Shown here: positions 55,185 through 64,000 of the stretch, piece after piece | Numbering within the stretch: position 1 is the first letter of the stretch | How the letters are laid out: the number at the start of each line of letters is the position of its first letter | DNA from: Octopus vulgaris | Lineage: Eukaryota | Length of the DNA stretch: 64,000 nt | Reading direction: 5' to 3' | Assembly: GCA_951406725.2 (NCBI GenBank) | Contig: OX597825.1 | Span: 16,368,001-16,432,000, forward strand | Made by a program: the position numbers and the translations under genes | Notes under the pieces: model-generated | What the model saw: the letters and a program-made list of their open reading frames with translations, nothing else | Databases searched by the model: none | Told to the model about the DNA's origin: nothing

Positions 55185-55472
55185 CTGTTTGCAACCTTGT
55201 GGTTTCGAGTTCAGTCCCACTGTGCAGCATATTTGGCAAGTGTTTTCGGTAACGCCGGGTCGACCAATGCACTGTGAGTGATCTTGGTCGACGGAACAAT
55301 GTGGAAGCTTAGGAGTGGCTGTGTGGTAAGTAGCTTGCTTACCAACCACATGGTTCTGGGTTCAGTCCGACTGCGTGGCCCCTTGTGCAAGTGTCTTTTA
55401 CTGTCGACCAAAGCCTTGTGAGTGGATTTGGTAGACGGAAACTGAAAGGAGCTCGTCGTATATATGTATATG

Positions 55473-55511
<39 letters not shown>

Positions 55512-55526
55512 ATAATATATATACAT

Positions 55527-55569
<43 letters not shown>

Positions 55570-55583
55570 TAATATATATACAT

Positions 55584-55670
<87 letters not shown>

Positions 55671-55910
55671 TATAAGTATATATGTGTATATATATATATG
55701 TACATATGTATTTGTGTGTCAGTGTTTGACATCCGATGCTGGTATGTTTACGTTCCTCTAACTTAGCGGTTCGGCAATATATATATATATATGTCTATGT
55801 GAGGTGTCTTTGCGTCAAACTCCTCCGCTTCTTGATAATCATTGCTGGTTTGTTTACGCTCCTGTAACGTAGCAATTCGGTAAAAGAGACCGTTAGAAGG
55901 AGTACTAATT
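55185..55910 (+). mobile_element. Nested SINE group A copies
   Basis: Old fragment at 55185-55308, copy at 55310-55776 with expanded TA tract, and a downstream fragment. Confidence 0.82.
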
Positions 55911-56220
55911 CTAACGATTCTAACGATTCAACCAGCTCGTCACCCCCAAAATAAGGAAGATAGCTTGTGTTGTTTTGAAAGCATTTATACCACCTGACGT
56001 GATCGGACGAGCAGGGGCTAAACACCTGGAAGCCATCTTGAATATTTCTGAAAACTCCCACTCTGCTCCGAGCAGCTGATGAGATTGACATGTTCAACGC
56101 TCCCACGAAACTTTAAGTCATATGAAACTAAATTACACTGTTATTTTGTGTTGAGTGCGACTTTCTTTTGTTTGTTCACTTACTCGTACATGTATGTATG
56201 TGTGTATGTAAGTATGTAAG

Positions 56221-56328
<108 letters not shown>

Positions 56329-56494
56329 TCCCGGGTTGATTCGGGTTAACCACAGTATAAGGTACTCAATACATATATAAAATTAATTTATTATATAGAA
56401 GGAGTTTACAGGATTAAGAGAAATAGGAAGCTCCTGAGCTTCCTGATTTCTTTGAATGAAACAGTACTAGTCCTGTAGAAGCTCCTTCTATATA

Positions 56495-56540
<46 letters not shown>

Positions 56541-57465
56541 TATATACATTTATTATTTTGTAATTTACTTAATCATTACTTTTTATTGTTATTTTAATTT
56601 TAACTTTTCTATTATATGTAATTTTCTAGATGGTGTAATTTAATTATTCATTTTGAATTGATAAAAGGTGTTTTTTTTCTAATATTTTATATATATATTA
56701 TATTGTGTGGAATTTGATTTAGTATTTCTTAATTGAATTCTTTTTCCTTGTAAGTTTGGATTTTATTCCCTCAAATAATAATTATATGTATATATATACA
56801 TGTATATATATTTATACACACACACACACACACACACACATATATGTATGAGTGTGTGTGTATGTATCTACCTATCCATCTGTCTACGCGTATAATATCA
56901 CTTTTTATTTTCTCGCTTACAGACATTGATATTAATTTTTAAAGCTATTTATAAAGTATAAATAATTTCTTTAATTGTTATTTTTAATTTATCTTTTGCA
57001 AGCCATTGTCATTAATAATTGTTCAAACATATTTCCTAAAATAATTTCATTCTTTCATTTTCTCGATTACATTTTAGTTGGTACTAAAACAATGAATATT
57101 CTCAAAGAAGAGATAAGACATCTTTTTGTTAAAGATGTTTTATCATTGCTATTTACTCATTAATTTTACATTTTTACAAATTATTTATTATTTGTAAAAT
57201 ACGTGATTAACAATAGCTGTCCCATTCAAACAATTACGTAATTACCACTGATTGTCTAAACGGACCGTTTTGAAATATGCTCTCACACATTTTGCTATCT
57301 TTCTCTGTAAAATAAATTATAAGTACACAAATAATAAAAATAATGTAAGACTCAAAAATTCCGCACATTTACCCTCTTTTTTCAATAATCTTCTAAAATA
57401 TTTCCAGAGAATATTTTTTTCACTTTCTGCTATAGGTAGATTCTTCAACCTCGTTTAAAAAACTT

Positions 57466-57693
57466 TTTCTTTATTACCCACAAGGGGCTAAACATAGAGG
57501 GGACAAACAAGGACAGACAAACGGATTAAGTCGATTACATCGACCCCTGTGCGTAACTAATACTTAATTTATCGACCCCGAAAGGATAAAAGGCAAAGTC
57601 GACCTTGGCGAATTTGAACTCAGAACGTAACGGTAGACGAAATACGACTACGCATTTCGCCTGGCGTGCTAACGTTTCTGCCAGCTCGCCGCC
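57466..57693 (-). mobile_element. SINE group B monomer
   Basis: TSD-like CCTC(G/A)TTTAAA on both sides. Confidence 0.92.
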
Positions 57694-58118
57694 TTCCTCA
57701 TTTAAATAACACCGAAGGAAGGTTTAAGATATATCATTCAGACTTGCAGACTTGAAGAATGTAAGCAAAACAGTGAATCACGATGATAAAAGAATTAGTG
57801 ACTTAAATTTTGAAATCCCAGTATTTGCCCTAGAAGGATTACTGAATTTGCTAATATACTTCAGATTGGTCGATGGTTTGTGGTAGGGGGAGTACGAATT
57901 ATTGTGTAAGTTAAGTGTAATATCTAAAAAAAATGGCCTTCGTTACATCATCATCAAAAACGATGCTTAAGTCCATTCTACGAATAAAACTTAACTAAAC
58001 TATTCTTAACTTTTTGGTCAGAAACATTTTGAAGGTAAAGGAAACAACCATCGCAATATAGACCTCCATTTATGTTTTGAAACTGTTTTGCCATTTCAAA
58101 AAGTATATATATATTCAA

Positions 58119-58328
58119 AATGTGACCGCGTGTGTACCGTTGGCGATTTTTTTCCTTCGTCTTCGCTTCTCTGGATCTTTCCTTTTCCTATGTTTCTGAC
58201 GAGGAGCTCCGCTCGAAACGTTAAACCCTCCTTCTTCCCTGCCTTCCTGAGCGTCCAATAATACTATATTTGTTCCACGTCCTCGCGTTATTGTGTTTTC
58301 TCTTTGTGTTTTCATGTTTGGATTAACT
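58119..58328 (+). mobile_element. ~210-bp (TA)n-flanked element carrying a minimal hammerhead ribozyme
   Basis: Related to 59228-59398 (shared TTCCTGAGCG..AATAC block and the same ribozyme layout). Confidence 0.7.
58192..58226 (+). ncRNA. Minimal type I hammerhead ribozyme
   Basis: GTTT-CTGACGA-G-GAGC tcc GCTC-GAAA-CG-TT-AAAC: intact core, stem I GTTT/AAAC, stem II GAGC/GCTC, palindromic AACGTT stem III. Confidence 0.72.
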
Positions 58329-58599
58329 ATATATATATATATATATATATATACAGACTAAATTAGCTACTTGTGCCGAATCAGAACTTCCCATTGTAAC
58401 ATCAAAACCATCTGGTGTGACTTTATGAACCCACAACTTATTGTTAAACTTTATGATAGATTTTTCTTGCGGCTAACACAACATTAATTTCTTCCCTGGT
58501 GAGACCAGCTTTGTTATGAGCAAGTCAAAGTGCCTTATTAAGTACTATGGGGTTGATGGATGAATAACAACTAAAAATGTTAAACTGGATAAACTTAAA

Positions 58600-58938
58600 T
58601 GATATAGCGCCCCCCGCCGTCGTTGGAGAGAGTAGAGATTGAGTTTTTTAGTCGACCCCAATAGTCAATGCGCCTCATGACGTCCATCCTTCTTGTTATT
58701 GACCTCTGGAGTGCTTCCACTTTCATAATGATTTGCTTCGTCTGGGGAGACCACAGTGGGCAACAGTACTCAAGGTGGGAGTCGGGCAGAAGTAGAGTAG
58801 AGAAGGATTATGGTGTGGGTATCTCTAGACCGGAAAGTTCTCAGAATCCAGGAGCACATCTTGCGAGCCAAGTCAACCTTACTGTTTACTTGGGAACTCC
58901 AGCTTAGATTGTTATCAACAATTACTTCAAGGTCTCTG
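58600..58938 (-). mobile_element. CR1-clade LINE ORF2 fragment (frameshifted)
   Basis: RDLEVIVDNNLSWSSQV..WILRTF..LLY / HLEYCCPLWSP..VEALQRSITR..DYWGRLKKLNLYSLQRRR. Confidence 0.88.
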
Positions 58939-59172
58939 GTGTTCGACCACGGCGAAGTTTGAACTCAGAACGTAAAGACAGATGAAATACCGCTAAAGTC
59001 GCCAAAATATCATAGTGAGTCGCTTGAGGGAAGAGCATAAGGCAATTTCAGAGTATCCTCTTTTCCACAGTGAATCATATCAAACTTATCTTCATTTAGA
59101 AGCATATTGTTTATGTATACATATACGTACATACATACATACATACATACATACATTCATACATACATACAT

Positions 59173-59227
<55 letters not shown>

Positions 59228-59228
<1 letters not shown>

Positions 59229-59398
59229 CGGGAAGCTTTATGAAAATAAACAAAAGACGAAGGCAGGTGGAATATAAACAAACAAATGTATTAGTATGGC
59301 GCTCAGGAATATAAATAAAACAAGTCTTTTACGTTTCGAGCCTACGCTCTTCAACAGAAAGATACACAGAAAAGAAACAAGGAGAGAAAAAATGCGTG
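59228..59398 (-). mobile_element. (TA)n-flanked element with variant minimal hammerhead (59325-59362)
   Basis: Minus strand TCTTT-CTGTTGA-A-GAGC gtag GCTC-GAAA-CG-TA-AAAGA. Confidence 0.65.
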
Positions 59399-59784
59399 AT
59401 ATATATATATATATATATATATATTAAATTAGAGATAAAACCACTATTAGGCAAATCAAACAGTGAAAATCATAAGCCAATTTATATGTATATACATAAC
59501 TGTGTGTGTGTATGTTTGTGTGTTCATACATACACATAAAAAGGAAATTTCATGATCAATACGACAGTGCAGTTCGATTCCTGTTCTCGACACTGCTGCA
59601 AAGCGAATGGCTGGATTCCAGACGAAAACTTCACTTAAAAGCAACAGAATTGAAAACATGGTCTTGATCAACGAACAACTCTTTAAGAGAGTTTATTGGA
59701 CTTATTGGATAATATCTGTTTAGTCTTAATGGATTTTTCATAAATATTTACATACATTACATACAATTACACAAAGAAACCTGT

Positions 59785-59847
<63 letters not shown>

Positions 59848-60055
59848 CACACTTATGTATATTGCTTAGACGTTCTGCTACAGGCGTAGTGTCCTTAGTC
59901 ACTTGCCGTAAACAAGGCTCTTAAATTGCGGATAAATATCTTTGATCACGAAAGGTCAAGCAACTCACTCGATTTAACGCAACATTAAATGGGATCAATA
60001 ATTATGTATGTATGCATGTATGCCTGTATGCATGTATATATGTATGTATGTAGGT

Positions 60056-60108
<53 letters not shown>

Positions 60109-60441
60109 GAGAGAGATATGTACATAGATAGATAGATAGATACATACATATATATGGAATTTTTATATAAGCTTAAAGCTTATGGCGATTACCGTGCAAT
60201 GACTAAAGAAAATGGCACCAAAATATATACACATACACACGCACAGACACACAGACACACTGCAGTGTGATGGTGGTGATGATGATTATGGTTACTAGTT
60301 AACATGTGTTACTTTATTTATTTATATATATATCTATAGCTCATATGCTCATCTATTTATATGTTTATACTATTATACATACATAAATATGTATATCTAT
60401 ACATTATCTGTATATGTATATATGTAATATATATTCATATG

Positions 60442-60485
<44 letters not shown>

Positions 60486-60749
60486 CACATATATATGTAT
60501 ATATCTATGTGCGTGTGTGTGTGTGTGTGTGTGTAATACACATACATACACATGTGCGCATGTGCATATATGTTATATATATATATCTTACATTAACCGG
60601 CAGAAGTTTGCAGAAGTGACTCATGGGCCATGCACAGACCTCTTGGCCCTTGAGTCATACATATGACTCTCTGTCGATCAAAAATAAACGTCTAAAGCAA
60701 TTACACTCATGCATTCTGTTCTGTTTCTCGTCTTTGTTTCGCATATCAC

Positions 60750-61437
60750 ATATATGCATGCGTACATGTATACATACTTACATACATGCATGAATACATA
60801 CTTACATATATGCCTACATACATACATGCATACATACATACATACATACATGCATACATACATGCATACATTTATACATATATGCATTCATATATACATA
60901 CATACATGCATACATACATACATACACGCACACATGCATACGTAAATACATACTTGCATGCATACATGCATACATACGTACATACACGCATACATACATA
61001 CATACATCCATGCGTGCATACATTCATACATACATACATACATACACACATACATACATACACACATACTTGCATGCATACATGCATACATACATACATA
61101 CATGCATACATACATATATACATACATACATGCATGCATGCATACATATATACATACATACACGCATGCATGCATACATACATACATATATGCATGCATA
61201 CATACATACATACATATATGCATGCATACATACATACATACATATATGCATGCATACATACATACATACATATATGCATGCATACATACATACATACATA
61301 CATATATGCATACATACATACATACATACATACATACATACATACACGCATGCATGCATACATACATACATACATATATGCATGCATACATACATACATA
61401 CATACTTACATACATACATGCACACATGCATACATAC

Positions 61438-61476
<39 letters not shown>

Positions 61477-61480
61477 AAGA
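60750..61480. repeat. (TACA/TGCA)n array
   Basis: Direct observation. Confidence 0.97.
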
Positions 61481-61699
61481 AAGAGATATTGTGTCATATT
61501 GTGTCATAATTTTATTTTTGTGTTCGACGCATAATTTTATATTCCCATGTGGGATTTCCATGTCATTTCGCAGGCCGTATATTTTTTGTCTCGCGGCACA
61601 AAAGCTGCCACTGAGTCTCGTTTAGTCTGCTTACTACACTCGAGTTTGTCCTTAAGATGTTCTCTTCAGGTTTTGTGTAAATGTTGAGATTCAGTGTCT

Positions 61700-62640
61700 C
61701 TACATCTGTCAGTTATGTTACATCAGTCGCTTCTGAAGGCTCTCGTGAGTGCTACTGGTAACATGCTTGCTCGGGTCGTCGGCGACTGAACTGCCCTTTC
61801 CACCAATTAGTCTTGCCTCATGAGAAGTGGGTTCGAAACCCAGCAGGACGAAAAAGCATCGTGATTGGTCAAAAGGACAAATGAACTTTGGTGTATTATC
61901 AACGACTATCTCTAAATGGCGTAGGCACTGGAAATTCTGGGTTGGTGTCTGGGCAAGTGCTGGGAAGACGATTAGAAAGTGAGTCACTCCCACCTCAGCT
62001 TTTTGTTAAAGTTATTTGATCAAACCCGCTTGTAAATCCACGCTACGTCCGCTCTTCATCAATCTTCTGCGACGATCGGTAATAGACAGCAAGATGAACA
62101 ATTACCGAAATTACACTTTCACTCCAATGTTTGTATGCATGTGGCCAGAGACTGGCATATGAAAATGTATTCATACCTGAAACCTGAACATGATCTCTAC
62201 GCCTCAAAAGCGAACGACACACTTAGTCAATGTCGTTACATCGCTTTTCAGATTTGTTACGAGGCTAGCCTTGTCCCAATTCCTTTGTTCTTCTTGGTAT
62301 CTACCTTTCTTCTTTAAAATAGTAGCCGCCATATTTTAAGAAAGACATTGTTCGGCATATGTAGCATGCCAGCTTTCCAGCCGCATGTAGCTGTGTAGTT
62401 GTTCTGAAAATTTTGGATATTCTTTTGGCAATTAAACTCGTGATCTAAGCGCTGTGGGAAAAATATCAATAATTGTCTGAGATTCTGCTCAAGACTCACA
62501 AAATGTGAGACCTTCATCTCTTGAACTGACGTTCAGTAACGAATATGTTTAAGGATCTCCCTACAGGGATATTGTTACTCTTGCCATATTAGTATTTTGA
62601 AGTCTTCGAGATATATTCAATTTTTAGGCTTATATTCGGA
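61700..62640 (-). pseudogene. Possible highly decayed non-LTR reverse transcriptase remnant
   Basis: Minus strand IPVGR / GDP*TYSLLNV near 62530-62580 resembles the RT QGDPLSP.LFN motif; many stops. Confidence 0.3.
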
Positions 62641-63254
62641 AAAGTAAACGCTTCCATTTAATTGTCGCTAAGCGTTTGTCCAGCACAGAGGAAGAGAAAT
62701 AACTCAGAAACTATTGGTCTGCTGGTACCGCCAACGACCAGAAGAGACAGTTTGTTTAACGCATTTGAACTGAGAACGTAAAATCTGAAGAGAAATTCTA
62801 CTAAGTGCATTTTGGTCGGTATGTTAAAGATTCTCTCAGCTCGCCCACATTTGTTTACATAATACTGGATTCAGATTTTGGCATATGGGGCCGTACTTCG
62901 AAAGATGTGACGTGGGTAGATCACCTGGACATCAGTGCTCACCTGTTACTTATATTACTGGAAAGGGTGATGAAGGCAAAAATCGACTTCGGCCGAATCA
63001 ACCTCCGTATTCCATCAAAGCGAACGAACTCCGTTAATCAGTGTGATATTAATCCTTTCATCTTTAAAATAGTTTTATATTTAAGAGATGATGAATTATG
63101 TACATTATGTACATTATTTACATTATTTACATTTGACGGATATTTGTCCTCATCTTTTTTTTATTTGTCCTCATCTTCACTGGTGTCTTGGGAGAAATTT
63201 CGAACCTGGGTATTTTTCGATGTTATTAATATACCCAAGGGCATATGGCGTAGT

Positions 63255-63820
<566 letters not shown>

Positions 63821-64000
63821 ATACACATCATATGTCCCCTGCAGACACACAAATGTAAGTTGTAGATCATCTCTGTACCTTCATGCTTCTGTGTGTCGGA
63901 CAAAATAATTAAGAACCACTGTTTAAACAGCATGCGAAGAATTTTGGAGAAAACCTAGCCCGGATTTAATTTAAGAAATTTTTCAGATCTTCTTGCTGAA

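Overview
AT-rich, repeat-saturated eukaryotic DNA. The SINE families, dense (TA)n/(TACA)n/(TATC)n/(CA)n microsatellites and Penelope remnants strongly resemble an octopus/cephalopod genome (inference). No known host protein-coding gene, rRNA, true tRNA or CRISPR array can be supported, and nearly all listed ORFs are microsatellite translations. Supported content: at least three tRNA-derived SINE groups (about 30 copies, many as nested or tandem arrays), LINE fragments (CR1, RTE), a Penelope-like element with a GIY-YIG endonuclease remnant, Tc1/mariner and Merlin-like MITEs, Helitron ends, minisatellites and fold-back repeats. Two patterns stand out. (1) About 8-10 hammerhead-ribozyme-like motifs from several unrelated short families, many embedded in (TA)n, including a ~550-bp palindrome with one motif on each arm. 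(2) A SINE family that appears to insert repeatedly at fixed sites inside its own older copies, giving polarised arrays. A few unique CpG-rich structured islands and splice-signal-bounded micro-exon candidates suggest the window may be intronic or regulatory. All coordinates were read by eye and element boundaries are approximate.
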